A stretch of 64,000 bases of DNA from sequence record OR538032.1; one strand, written 5' to 3'. The notes below the pieces were generated by a model that was given only the letters and a program-made list of their open reading frames with translations, was not told the DNA's origin and searched no databases. Shown here one piece after another: positions 29,148 to 38,515 of the stretch. The position numbers were made by a program, and so were the translations under genes. Numbering within the stretch: position 1 is the first letter of the stretch; the number at the start of each line of letters is the position of its first letter.

Positions 29148-29693
29148 ATGACTGAAGTATTAATCACAATCGCTGCAATTGCATTTGTAGCACTCGTAGT
29201 AACACTGATCGTACGTGCTCGTACCAAGCAAAAAGAAGAAGCTGCGAATGCATTGTCAATGCGTGAAGCTGCGGCTAATCGCACACGTGAACAACTCGAA
29301 TCAATCAGCGCAATGAGTAACGGTGCTTCTCGTATGAAGCCTAAAGCTCCATCACGACCTGCGAGTTCTTCTCGACATAGCGCACCATCACGTTCTCGTA
29401 CGCGACGTGACGACGATGACATCATCACGAACCCGCTGCACCCGTTAAATCCGATTACTGACCCGGTCGGTCTGTATGAACGCGATGAACCGGTACGTGA
29501 AACACGCTCAGAACCAAGCTACTCTGCACCTGAGCCGAGTTACAGTGAGCCAGAACGTAGTCCGAGCGTATCAAGCCCAGGCAGCTACTCATTCGGTGGT
29601 AGTTCGGATAGCGGCTCAAGCTACTCAAGCTCAAGTGACAGTGGTTCAAGTTACTCAAGCAGCGATAGTAGTTCAGGTGGGAGCTTCGACTAA
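29148..29693 (+). CDS. membrane-anchored protein with Ser-rich low-complexity tail
   Basis: N-terminal TM; SSDSGSSYSSS repeats. Confidence 0.75.
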   Translation: MTEVLITIAAIAFVALVVTLIVRARTKQKEEAANALSMREAAANRTREQLESISAMSNGASRMKPKAPSRPASSSRHSAPSRSRTRRDDDDIITNPLHPLNPITDPVGLYERDEPVRETRSEPSYSAPEPSYSEPERSPSVSSPGSYSFGGSSDSGSSYSSSSDSGSSYSSSDSSSGGSFD

Positions 29694-30205
29694 TGATTGT
29701 ATCTGAAATTCGTGGCGACTTGGTCGCCACCCTTGCTCAAGCAATTGAAAATCCGAATCATCAACGTACGTTTATCATGGGGCAGGGTTGTAACTGCTTT
29801 ATCAGACAAGGTTCTGGCATTGCAGGTCAGCTACGGCGTTTCCCTGAAGTATATCAAGCTGATATTGACTACGGTCGTGAAGGCGATCCGTTGAAACTTG
29901 GTGAATTCTCTGTTGCATTGTTCGACAAACACGGAACTGTTCCACAAGCTGCTGTGTTCAACCTGTACACGCAGTTTAGTATGGGGACTCGTGAGCGTCA
30001 TGCTGAATATTCAGCAATCAAAGAAGGCGTTCGCGCTATGGTTCGCTACCTTGAAGACAATGACGACAAGATCTACTTGCCATTAATCGGTGCTGGATTA
30101 GCTGGCGGCGATTGGGAAATCATTCGCCATATCATCGACAAATCAAGTGGAAATAAAGAAATTGTCATTGTACATTTCGAAGAAGGCACACTAATCGACT
30201 GGTGA
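29693..30205 (+). CDS. tk.4: macrodomain ADP-ribose hydrolase, T4 tk.4-like
   Basis: GCNCF..QGSGIA, NLYTQF, PLIGAGLAGGDW. Confidence 0.88.
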   Translation: MIVSEIRGDLVATLAQAIENPNHQRTFIMGQGCNCFIRQGSGIAGQLRRFPEVYQADIDYGREGDPLKLGEFSVALFDKHGTVPQAAVFNLYTQFSMGTRERHAEYSAIKEGVRAMVRYLEDNDDKIYLPLIGAGLAGGDWEIIRHIIDKSSGNKEIVIVHFEEGTLIDW

Positions 30206-30208
30206 TTT

Positions 30209-30379
30209 ATGTTTACCTCAGCATTTGTGTATAACGCACTGATTTTTCTCGCTATTCTATCTGTTGGTGCTATTTTTGCATATTTTATCGCGAAAATGCT
30301 TGACAAGAGTGAGGAGAAACGTGTTAAACTACGTCACAAGCTCATAAGACAACGAGCGAGAAAGAGACTACCGAAATGA
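30209..30379 (+). CDS. 56-aa single-TM protein (not in ORF track)
   Basis: MFTSAFVYNALIFLAILSVGAIFAYFIAK; ATGA overlap with next gene. Confidence 0.65.
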   Translation: MFTSAFVYNALIFLAILSVGAIFAYFIAKMLDKSEEKRVKLRHKLIRQRARKRLPK

Positions 30380-30606
30380 GTTTTGAAACAAACAAAAAGC
30401 TTGCCGAAGCATTTGACTCATGGCGTGTAGTGCCTAGAATTTTAGTTGCACTGTACTGTTACTTACTGTATACTACAGCAATATGGTTCATGGCACTGCC
30501 TGATCCGTCAGCAACTCAATCAGCATTCGTATCGACAATTGTCGGTGCGGGTGCTGCAATCTTCGGCTTATACACTAATTCTGGAAAAGGAAAGACTAAT
30601 GGCTAA
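30376..30606 (+). CDS. two-TM small membrane protein
   Basis: DSWRVVPR followed by two TM helices. Confidence 0.7.
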   Translation: MSFETNKKLAEAFDSWRVVPRILVALYCYLLYTTAIWFMALPDPSATQSAFVSTIVGAGAAIFGLYTNSGKGKTNG

Positions 30607-30790
30607 ACGACTATACCCACATGAAGTTGATCACGAACTACAGCGTCGCGACGTTTGGTTGAAAGCGTGGTGTCATACTGCTAACGCTAATGACTGTAAA
30701 GAAACATCAACTGCAACAAGCTATGCTGATGCGTGTCTGGCTGCATTTGACCGTCGTTTTGAAGCTATCGAGGTAATTAAACATGACTGA
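30599..30790 (+). CDS. hypothetical protein
   Basis: SD before ATG 30599. Confidence 0.65.
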   Translation: MAKRLYPHEVDHELQRRDVWLKAWCHTANANDCKETSTATSYADACLAAFDRRFEAIEVIKHD

Positions 30791-31181
30791 TTTTGATATT
30801 GCACTACTTAACCCGACTATCATCAAGTCAACTGAAATCGCAGGTCATAACTTCGGTAACAAAGTTATCGAGATTGTGAGTGATCACATTGACGGCGATG
30901 ACATGGATAACTTCATTGAATTCATCGTTGAAGCTGAAGCACGAGAGCGTGAGCACCCATATGTGGGTCATTTCTACGGTGATTTGTTAGTCATGAGCTT
31001 GTCTGAAGACCGTCATCACTTCGAAGCACGTATGTCTGACGAAGACATTGCGAATCTGACAATCGCGATTGATGATGCATTCATTCAATACACAAATGAG
31101 TTTATTGAATGGTACAAGCAGAAAGCGCGAGAGTTCTTCGATGACGATGAATTGGAATTCATCATTGAAAACGAAATCTAA
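30783..31181 (+). CDS. acidic hypothetical protein
   Basis: SD GAGG. Confidence 0.75.
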   Translation: MTDFDIALLNPTIIKSTEIAGHNFGNKVIEIVSDHIDGDDMDNFIEFIVEAEAREREHPYVGHFYGDLLVMSLSEDRHHFEARMSDEDIANLTIAIDDAFIQYTNEFIEWYKQKAREFFDDDELEFIIENEI

Positions 31182-31182
31182 C

Positions 31183-31210
31183 AAAATCCCGTCTTAATGG
31201 CGGGATTTTT
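31183..31210 (+). terminator. intrinsic terminator
   Basis: AAAATCCCGTC-TTAAT-GGCGGGATTTTT. Confidence 0.85.
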
Positions 31211-31218
31211 AGTTTTCA

Positions 31219-31226
31219 TCTAAATA
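31219..31226 (+). promoter_or_regulatory. late promoter variant
   Basis: TCTAAATA directly after the terminator. Confidence 0.6.
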
Positions 31227-31253
31227 GAAGAAACAACACAAAAAGGTATCATA

Positions 31254-32708
31254 ATGAAACTGTTTACTGAATTTTATCAAGAAGTTCGTCTTGACGAAAT
31301 CTCAGATCGTGCGAATATCGACATTGATTGGGATTGGGGTCATGAGAACGGGACGGGAGAAACCTCGGCGAGATTTGATGCAGCCGGTGAGAAATTTCAA
31401 GTTAGCGTTGACGAGAGTAACCCGGGTTATTTCACGATCACATTCCAGAACTCTAGTGGCTATTCTCAGACTGGTAGAGCGGGACACTCTGCGGCTGCTG
31501 TATTCTCTGGCGTATTGACGACTTTACGTGAATTCACCGAAACGTACGAAGAAGAAATGGGCATGAAACCATATGAATATGACTTCAGCGCAGCGTACGA
31601 ACTACCGCGAAATCACGACTATTACTCATTGGTTAACAATCGTCGCGAGGCAACTCGTTTAGATGAAGAAAGCAAGAAAAAGCTATTGAAAGACTTGATT
31701 TCTCGCCCTATGCTTTACTACGCACTATCGTTGACTTTTGGTAAAGAATACGGCTATTCAACTGAAATTAGCGACCGCTGGCTTGCTCGTCTTGCAGGGG
31801 GCGCGAATGATTTCCGTTCCGTTCGTAAGAACGTGACTCGAAGCATTCTGTCGATGAATGACAACGACGTTAACCAAGCGTTGATGAACATGAGCGGTTC
31901 TGTTTCGTTCACTCTTACCAACGAAAACGAACGTCCTAGCAGCTACGACACAGCATTCGGTGGCGGTCCGTCTCTTGAAGACTACGTTGATGAAGCAGAC
32001 CAGTACCAAATCGAAGCGTGGATCAATGATGGTCGTGAAGATGAAATCATCGAACATGCTGATTGGCAAACTCTAGTTCGCATTGCGGAATGGGGTCTGA
32101 TGCACGATGAACTGATTTTCCATGATGATGAAGACGTTCGAAACGCGGTAATCCGCACAGACTACGAAATGGGCGAGAAACTAGCCGAATCGCCTGAGTG
32201 GGAACATCGTAAACAAGCTGCTGAAAATGGTTTTGGCATTTGGGATCTTGTTCTTGACTCTGACGAAGACGTGCGCGAAGCTGCATGGGACTGGTCGTTT
32301 GAAAATGACGATGCTGATACTCGAATCACATACGCGAAACGCTACGAAGGCAACTTCGGTCGCGCAATGGCTGAAGACGTGTGGGATCGCATGATCGACG
32401 ATTCAGATGACTATGAAGAGCGTCAATACGTAGCTGAACAAGGTTATCGTCTTGAAGAACTTCTAGCAGACCATGACGAAGACGTGCGTTCTTCTGCAAT
32501 CAATGCTGTATTCACGGTAATGGGTCTGGATGGTCGAGAAGCGGCTGAGTTCTTGATGGAAAACTCTGAACCTTACCAAGAAGAAGTGTTTGAATACGCG
32601 ATTAACGGTAACTTCGGTCCATCTTTCGATGAAGCACTAATCGAAATTGCTGAAGAAAACGGCGTTGATGTTTCTGAGTACAAAGAAGACGAAGACGAAG
32701 ACGAATAA
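31254..32708 (+). CDS. putative internal head protein, family member B, with acidic HEAT-like repeats
   Basis: MKLFTEFYQEVRLDE; repeats L..D.DEDVR..A. Confidence 0.75.
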   Translation: MKLFTEFYQEVRLDEISDRANIDIDWDWGHENGTGETSARFDAAGEKFQVSVDESNPGYFTITFQNSSGYSQTGRAGHSAAAVFSGVLTTLREFTETYEEEMGMKPYEYDFSAAYELPRNHDYYSLVNNRREATRLDEESKKKLLKDLISRPMLYYALSLTFGKEYGYSTEISDRWLARLAGGANDFRSVRKNVTRSILSMNDNDVNQALMNMSGSVSFTLTNENERPSSYDTAFGGGPSLEDYVDEADQYQIEAWINDGREDEIIEHADWQTLVRIAEWGLMHDELIFHDDEDVRNAVIRTDYEMGEKLAESPEWEHRKQAAENGFGIWDLVLDSDEDVREAAWDWSFENDDADTRITYAKRYEGNFGRAMAEDVWDRMIDDSDDYEERQYVAEQGYRLEELLADHDEDVRSSAINAVFTVMGLDGREAAEFLMENSEPYQEEVFEYAINGNFGPSFDEALIEIAEENGVDVSEYKEDEDEDE

Positions 32709-32719
32709 TGAAAAAAGGG

Positions 32720-32749
32720 TTGACAGATGTCAGCCCTTTCGTGTATTCT
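32720..32749 (+). promoter_or_regulatory. class I promoter fused to a terminator
   Basis: TTGACA-N18-TATTCT within AAAAAAGGGTTGAC..GTCAGCCCTTT. Confidence 0.7.
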
Positions 32750-32776
32750 ACGTATAAGAAATCAACGGAGAGTAAT

Positions 32777-33040
32777 ATGAACATCCAAGACTTAACTGAA
32801 ATCTTTATCAATTTTCATGACGAAAATTATGAAGTTGATGCAACACTTGACCGAATTGAAGACGTAATCGACCGAGAAGACGTGCATGGCGTAATGCTGC
32901 CATTTTCTCAAGGCGTGAGCATCTTTATTGAAAAGGTCGACAATACCGATCTTACCATTGCTGAATATGAAGCATTCGTTGTTGAAAAACTTGAAGAAGA
33001 GTTCAACGACGAAATTGGCGAAATCGAATTCATTTACTAA
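32777..33040 (+). CDS. acidic early hypothetical protein
   Basis: SD GGAG before ATG 32777. Confidence 0.75.
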   Translation: MNIQDLTEIFINFHDENYEVDATLDRIEDVIDREDVHGVMLPFSQGVSIFIEKVDNTDLTIAEYEAFVVEKLEEEFNDEIGEIEFIY

Positions 33041-33050
33041 GAGAGAAAAC

Positions 33051-33674
33051 ATGCTTCTAGCTGACTACATCAAACACGCAATGCAAGAATATCACACGAT
33101 TTTCCCGACACGATTTTCTGTGCTTGAACACCTTTTCGCTACGAATGGGAATGGAATCACGCTCAAAAACGGTTATATTTATGATCGCGAGACCCGTGAC
33201 GTAAAGCAAAAGCCCTTGCTATCGCGTGAAGACATCATTCTAGAAGTGAAAGACGCTTCTGAGCATTCTCTAGGCATGTGGGCTCGGTTTGTCAAAGAAC
33301 TCGGTGATGAACACCCAGAGCTAGTCGAAAAATTCAAGAAGAAGATCGACGCACAGCTTGAAGAAGATGAACGCACGGTCGAAAGACTATGTAACATCGA
33401 CGAAGCATACAAAATTCATCCAGATTTAACCAATCTGCATGTATATGCATGGGGCGGGGATCGTCGATACATTCCAATGTATGACTTCGAAAACTCGAAG
33501 TACGATGACACAATCGAGCAACTTGAGTACTTCAGAGATTGCATTGCCAACGCAACTGTACGCGAAGTCACAGAAGACGACTCACAAACCGATCAGTTCT
33601 ACGCTCGTGGACTCGTATCGTGGAAAGAAAACATCGGTGAAATCGACAAAATCATAGAGAAGCTTCGTAAGTAA
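33051..33674 (+). CDS. hypothetical protein
   Basis: AGAGAG RBS before ATG 33051. Confidence 0.75.
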   Translation: MLLADYIKHAMQEYHTIFPTRFSVLEHLFATNGNGITLKNGYIYDRETRDVKQKPLLSREDIILEVKDASEHSLGMWARFVKELGDEHPELVEKFKKKIDAQLEEDERTVERLCNIDEAYKIHPDLTNLHVYAWGGDRRYIPMYDFENSKYDDTIEQLEYFRDCIANATVREVTEDDSQTDQFYARGLVSWKENIGEIDKIIEKLRK

Positions 33675-33675
33675 T

Positions 33676-33705
33676 GTTTAATCTCTCTTGTTTATTGACT
33701 ATAAT
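33676..33705 (+). promoter_or_regulatory. class II promoter
   Basis: G-TTTAAT-N17-TATAAT. Confidence 0.65.
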
Positions 33706-33731
33706 TTAAGCATAACAAGAGAGGTGAACAA

Positions 33732-33947
33732 ATGGGACATTACGATTGCAAAGAATGCGGCACTTTTGGTTGTTTCGGTGAGTGTCAAGAGCCAGCAAAC
33801 GTCGAGCGAGAAAAGCAACGTGTAGAGCGTCAAGCACGTGCTGACAAATACGCTGCGATTCTTGAAGCTGAAGAGAGACGAGTACGCGACTTAGAAAAAG
33901 CACGCGCATTCTTCTTGGTGCACGATAGAAAAGGGAATCCGATTTAA
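33732..33947 (+). CDS. small Cys-rich protein
   Basis: CKECG.FGC..EC; SD GAGG. Confidence 0.7.
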   Translation: MGHYDCKECGTFGCFGECQEPANVEREKQRVERQARADKYAAILEAEERRVRDLEKARAFFLVHDRKGNPI

Positions 33948-34324
33948 TGCTGCACAAGTATTCAACAAATCGTTTCATGAACATGGTTAATTACATGAGT
34001 TCTCAGTTCGTACAAGGTACGATTTTCTTGGGATTCATGCCGATTACAGCGCCTGACGATTCTTGGGGAATGAACGTACCTGAGAGTGACCATCGTTGGT
34101 GCGCTGTCCATTTATTCGATTCTGAGCAACAAGCTACACGCTCAGATGAAGAAGAACGCGAACAGAAGCGAATCAATAAAGGTTATGAGTGGTTGGTCGT
34201 GCTTTATGGAACTGACAACACATCGTACATGAAACGCTTTAAACGTCGCGAAGACGCAATCGCGTGGTTCTTCAATGAAGAATCGGTAAAAACACTAGAT
34301 GGGCTATTTTTCTACAATAGTTGA
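33947..34324 (+). CDS. hypothetical protein
   Basis: TAATG coupling. Confidence 0.7.
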   Translation: MLHKYSTNRFMNMVNYMSSQFVQGTIFLGFMPITAPDDSWGMNVPESDHRWCAVHLFDSEQQATRSDEEEREQKRINKGYEWLVVLYGTDNTSYMKRFKRREDAIAWFFNEESVKTLDGLFFYNS

Positions 34325-34334
34325 ATAAAAAGGG

Positions 34335-34363
34335 TTGCACTGTGCAGCCCTTTTCTATATCAT
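34335..34363 (+). promoter_or_regulatory. class I promoter fused to a terminator
   Basis: TTGCAC-N17-TATCAT within AAAAAGGGTTGCAC..GTGCAGCCCTTTT. Confidence 0.75.
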
Positions 34364-34392
34364 GAGCACATCAAAACGAAAGAGAGACGATT

Positions 34393-35013
34393 ATGAACGT
34401 TGAACAAACACTACGTGAATTGAATATCACCAACAACCAAGTTTACACACGAATCGTAAATGAAGTAATGAAACCGAACATTCTTTCAATTTATGAACAC
34501 ATGAGATTGAAAATCGGATATAATCAAGAAATTTGGTATGGTGATGCTGATGTGTATGTATCAATCGAGCCTGCATTCGAGAAATACAGAGAACAGCATG
34601 ACGTTTTGATCATCAACAACGTTGTATCGTGCTTTGATCGAGCAATTGTCATTGCAATTATCAACAAAGAGACTGGCGACATACCATTGTGTAAATGTGT
34701 CGAGGGTCAAGGTGTGAAACACGAGGGTTGGAATTTCGGTGATCATCGTGATTGGAAGATTGAAGGTCTCGATACGCTTCGCGAACACAAGTGGAGATTT
34801 GGTTACGAGGATTTGCGCGACGACTCGCTTGTATTTCAGCTAGATTCGATTTGGGCTGATATTCGACCAGATAAGCCGTATAACGGCTGGCATCGTTCGT
34901 CTTATGGTTGTGGGTTTCATGTTGAGAATCTACTGTACGCAGAACGCGAAATCAGATGGGCATTCAGTTCTGTTGTTGAAGAAGAAGCATATACAATTTG
35001 CGAAAAAGAATAA
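34393..35013 (+). CDS. early hypothetical protein
   Basis: AGAGAG RBS. Confidence 0.75.
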   Translation: MNVEQTLRELNITNNQVYTRIVNEVMKPNILSIYEHMRLKIGYNQEIWYGDADVYVSIEPAFEKYREQHDVLIINNVVSCFDRAIVIAIINKETGDIPLCKCVEGQGVKHEGWNFGDHRDWKIEGLDTLREHKWRFGYEDLRDDSLVFQLDSIWADIRPDKPYNGWHRSSYGCGFHVENLLYAEREIRWAFSSVVEEEAYTICEKE

Positions 35014-35039
35014 AAAAAGGGGCGAATGCCCCTTTTTTT
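35012..35039. terminator. bidirectional terminator
   Basis: A7-GGGGC-GAAT-GCCCC-T7 between convergent genes. Confidence 0.9.
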
Positions 35040-36093
35040 ATGGTCTGTAGATCATGTGATTTGAACCCATTCGTTCCCATGTACCTAGATTCATGCGATT
35101 TTTCATTTCAACGAAGAATGCGGGGTTTGCTCTAATGTCATCAAGTGGCAGTGCAACAACACCTTCAGTTTTATGCGCCAATAGCTCTAGTTTATCAAGC
35201 AAATCAGACGTTGTACGACCGTCATATTTGAATTGACTGAACCAATAACCAATCTTACTGAATTTCGTATCTCTTGTGTATTTCACATCAAAGCCTTTCA
35301 GAGCATACGCTAAGTTACTTTCTTTACCGTGAAACGGCTTGCGATATGCGCTATGTTCAGCACCAGCACGAGCAAGCAATCTCTTCTTAGCTGCGTCTGG
35401 TAGATTGAACCACCCATCAAAGTTTTTCTTGAAGTTCAACATCCATGCTTCTGGCGTAGCTGGTGAGCCTTTGAAGTATGCTTTCGTATCAGCAATGGCT
35501 TGTGCATAGCGTGCGTTAATCTCATGAGAATAGTTCTGATATTCGTCGTGAGACGCTTCGTGACCGCTTTTAGCGTGACGGATGAACTCTTTATCAATGT
35601 ATCCGCGTTTACGCCCTGAGTGTTGATACACGCCCTCTGCGTCGCTTGTCTCGAAGTCTTCAATGTCACCAGAACGATAGTTGTCGTAAGCGTGTTGCAG
35701 TTCATGTAATGCAGTGCTATACAACTGTGGTTTCTGCAATCTGAATTTCGCCATGATTTGACTAACTGCTGTTACTCCAGTTATATCCACGACAAGCTTG
35801 AGATACCCTGCTTCTGTGATCGAGTCGTCATGTAATTTGCCATTCCAAACACCGAGTTCGGTTGGGTTATTATTGTCTAACTTCAGATATGCTAGAATAC
35901 CTTCAGCTAGTAATGCATCGAACTCACTCTCACCAGTTCTGATATTCAGAGTTTTTGTGTTGACGGATAGTTTATTTGGATCCCATGGTGCTTTACTTAG
36001 AGCGCCTTCTAACTGGCGTTCCAATGTATCGACGATGGTTTTTGACGCTTGTTCTAATGCGCGTTGTGATTGTACGTTTTCAAAAATAATCAT
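35038..36093 (-). CDS. zincin-like metallopeptidase, putative internal head protein
   Basis: LHELQHAYD...SHEINAR; N-terminus MIIFENVQ; CCTAAATA at 36126-36133 (-). Confidence 0.7.
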   Translation of the reverse strand: MIIFENVQSQRALEQASKTIVDTLERQLEGALSKAPWDPNKLSVNTKTLNIRTGESEFDALLAEGILAYLKLDNNNPTELGVWNGKLHDDSITEAGYLKLVVDITGVTAVSQIMAKFRLQKPQLYSTALHELQHAYDNYRSGDIEDFETSDAEGVYQHSGRKRGYIDKEFIRHAKSGHEASHDEYQNYSHEINARYAQAIADTKAYFKGSPATPEAWMLNFKKNFDGWFNLPDAAKKRLLARAGAEHSAYRKPFHGKESNLAYALKGFDVKYTRDTKFSKIGYWFSQFKYDGRTTSDLLDKLELLAHKTEGVVALPLDDIRANPAFFVEMKNRMNLGTWERMGSNHMIYRP

Positions 36094-36111
36094 CTTTTTT
36101 CTCGAATTCGG

Positions 36112-36140
36112 TTGACTGTATTACTTATTTAGGTTAATAT
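36112..36140 (+). promoter_or_regulatory. class I promoter overlapping a divergent late-type box
   Basis: TTGACT-N17-TAATAT, ATCGAAACGA at 36148. Confidence 0.7.
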
Positions 36141-36170
36141 CTCTCTCATCGAAACGAAAGAGAGAACATT

Positions 36171-36866
36171 ATGACTAATGCAGCACGCAAATATGTATAC
36201 GACATCTTCCATGATGAGCTTCAAAAGCCGGTTGTGAATCTAGACGTATTTAAAATCAAGGGTTCAGATGGTAAGCCAGTGATTAACTATCTATCGAACC
36301 CGCACCTACGCAAACAACGCTTTATTATGTTCGTGAATAAACGACATAACATCAAGTATGGACGTTCTTTTTGGTCGCATGATATTCGTGATGATTGTGA
36401 CAAAATCGAAGGTACTTGGTCGAGCGTGGCTAAGGAAATCATCAAACGCAAAGCCGAATACGCAAATTACGTGACTAAGACGTATCTTGATTACGACTAT
36501 GGTGTTGAAGAGCCGACCCTTGCAATCATCGACAAGATGCTGAACAAGCCGAAGCGTTTTCACGTTGCAAAGTACATCAATAATGAACTGTGTGTCAGTT
36601 CGACGAACAATTCAACTGTGCTAATTGATCGTGATACTGGTGTGAAATTCGTTGCGAAGATGCAAGATTATCGCCATACTAGTGATATAATGCGACTTGC
36701 AACACCTGAAAAAGTGTTTACACCTAACGAAGAAAAAGCACTTTGCAGTGCAATTACACATCTTGTAAATTCTCGCATCAACGATATTCGTGCTAAGAAA
36801 CGTGCGAAAGAAGAGAAACGCCGCCAAGCAAAACGTCAACAACTAATCGAAGCATACGGGGCATAA
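36171..36866 (+). CDS. early hypothetical protein
   Basis: AGAGAG RBS. Confidence 0.75.
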   Translation: MTNAARKYVYDIFHDELQKPVVNLDVFKIKGSDGKPVINYLSNPHLRKQRFIMFVNKRHNIKYGRSFWSHDIRDDCDKIEGTWSSVAKEIIKRKAEYANYVTKTYLDYDYGVEEPTLAIIDKMLNKPKRFHVAKYINNELCVSSTNNSTVLIDRDTGVKFVAKMQDYRHTSDIMRLATPEKVFTPNEEKALCSAITHLVNSRINDIRAKKRAKEEKRRQAKRQQLIEAYGA

Positions 36867-36868
36867 TC

Positions 36869-37261
36869 ATGGCATACGAAGTAATCAACGGCAAATTGCG
36901 TAAAGTAAAGAAAAACAAGCCACGCGACTATGATAAAGAATGGTCAAAGATGCACGAATCTGCCAAGAAGCAAGTCGAAATCATGGATCGTATTCATGAA
37001 CGTGAGCGCATTGACCGTCTAGGTACTCGTGAGCGTCACGAAGCAATGATTGACCTTGCTAAACGCAATGAGCGTAAAGGTAAGAAAGGCGGTGACTGTA
37101 ACGTAACTCAGTGTCAAAAGCCAGGCGCAAGCTCTTACAACACTGCAATGAGAGCGTATTACTGCGAGTCTTGTGCTCACGATATTTGGCAAGCAGGTCA
37201 ACGCGACGGTCGTGACTTCATTCGACCAACACCAGATTACACATACAAGTACGAGGGTTAA
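36869..37261 (+). CDS. hypothetical protein with CxxxxC/CxxC zinc finger
   Basis: CNVTQC...CESC. Confidence 0.7.
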   Translation: MAYEVINGKLRKVKKNKPRDYDKEWSKMHESAKKQVEIMDRIHERERIDRLGTRERHEAMIDLAKRNERKGKKGGDCNVTQCQKPGASSYNTAMRAYYCESCAHDIWQAGQRDGRDFIRPTPDYTYKYEG

Positions 37262-37265
37262 TCTC

Positions 37266-37505
37266 ATGGGCGATTTTCTATTGGCAATGTTTATCTTCTC
37301 GTTCGTAATGGCAAACATCGGTTCGATTTTCATTTGCTTGTATGCGGCATTCAATCGCCAATACAACGTACCGATGATCTTAGTTGCACTGTACGGGTTC
37401 ATGGGTACATTTGTTGTCGGCATCGTGTTCTTTCTGCTGTTCATCTTTGCCAAAATCGAAGAAACGAAATTCTGGCAAAAACTGTCTAAAATGAGGGAAT
37501 TCTAA
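37266..37505 (+). CDS. two-TM membrane protein
   Basis: Hydrophobic; SD GAGG before ATG 37266. Confidence 0.7.
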   Translation: MGDFLLAMFIFSFVMANIGSIFICLYAAFNRQYNVPMILVALYGFMGTFVVGIVFFLLFIFAKIEETKFWQKLSKMREF

Positions 37506-37837
37506 TGCAACAAACTGTATTATTCATCGACTTCCGCAACCCACACACTGCGATTGTCGCCAACACGACATTACGAGACAAAAACTTCGATTTGTCGGGT
37601 ATGGGATTGCGTCGAGCTTGTCAGTCGAACTATATTGCACTTGAGAAGCAAGGCAAATGGCGTTTAGTGAAATGTCGTTACATGTTTGGGTTCGAATCTA
37701 TGGAATTCAACACGCTCGATGGTGTTGTTGCATTCATCAACGCGATTAACATCGACAACAATCAACCATTGATTCGTGAAGTTGTTGTTGAAGAAGTCGC
37801 ACCCGTGTACACTAACATTAAAGTACGAGGTTTATAA
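37505..37837 (+). CDS. hypothetical protein
   Basis: TAATG coupling. Confidence 0.7.
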   Translation: MQQTVLFIDFRNPHTAIVANTTLRDKNFDLSGMGLRRACQSNYIALEKQGKWRLVKCRYMFGFESMEFNTLDGVVAFINAINIDNNQPLIREVVVEEVAPVYTNIKVRGL

Positions 37838-38118
37838 TGGGATTTGAAACAAAAATTATCTGCTATGCAGCGCACGTAACTGAATTTGAGCCAGGATGGG
37901 GAACTCGACCAGATGGTTACATCATTGCCAAGACTGAAGCTGATGTTCTGGCAAAAGGCGAGCACATGCGAGAGATCGCTAAACAATCCAAACACGGCTA
38001 TGAGTATATCGGTGAAGTCTTTAAGTTCGAACCGACTCAGAAAGCTATTGATGAATTAACCGACCGTGACTATATCTGGACTGGTCGAAACTTTGATGAA
38101 TGGGGTACTGTACTATGA
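37837..38118 (+). CDS. hypothetical protein
   Basis: TAATG coupling. Confidence 0.7.
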   Translation: MGFETKIICYAAHVTEFEPGWGTRPDGYIIAKTEADVLAKGEHMREIAKQSKHGYEYIGEVFKFEPTQKAIDELTDRDYIWTGRNFDEWGTVL

Positions 38119-38348
38119 CAATCTTTCTGCTTGTATCATTCTTTCTAGGCGCTTATTTCATGAGCGAACTGCCACCAGAATTGCGATACAAAACAACATC
38201 GCCTAAGAAACTATGGGCTTCTGCATCACGACTGCAACAAATTGCACTTGTTGTCGGGTTTGTCGGCGTGCTGTTCTTCTACTTGATTCTAGCTATCCTA
38301 ATTGGATGGACTAAAGTTAAAGAATCTGACTGGAATCGCAAGGCATGA
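38115..38348 (+). CDS. two-TM membrane protein
   Basis: Hydrophobic; ATGA overlap. Confidence 0.7.
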   Translation: MTIFLLVSFFLGAYFMSELPPELRYKTTSPKKLWASASRLQQIALVVGFVGVLFFYLILAILIGWTKVKESDWNRKA

Positions 38349-38515
38349 TAGTTCTTCAGCACGAGACTGACGGGTATATCGTCCAAATTGGATGTGACAT
38401 TTGTTGCACCCCTGACATTGACAAAGCATCCATGTTCGAAACTGTTGGTGTCGCACAAGAATTCAAAGATCAATGGGACTTATGGGACTGGGAAGTTAGA
38501 GAGGTCGGCTTATGA
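38345..38515 (+). CDS. 56-aa hypothetical protein (not in ORF track)
   Basis: MIVLQHETDGY...; ATGA overlaps at both ends. Confidence 0.65.
   Translation: MIVLQHETDGYIVQIGCDICCTPDIDKASMFETVGVAQEFKDQWDLWDWEVREVGL

Noticed and set aside
30376-30606. Two-TM protein as the holin
   Set aside because: No adjacent endolysin or late promoter; T4-type holin t lies elsewhere in such genomes
32708-32776. N-terminal extension MKKGLTDV... in the ORF track
   Set aside because: It runs through the terminator-promoter cassette; the real start is ATG 32777. The same logic applies to 7324, 21901, 32928, 46537, 49998 and 54797
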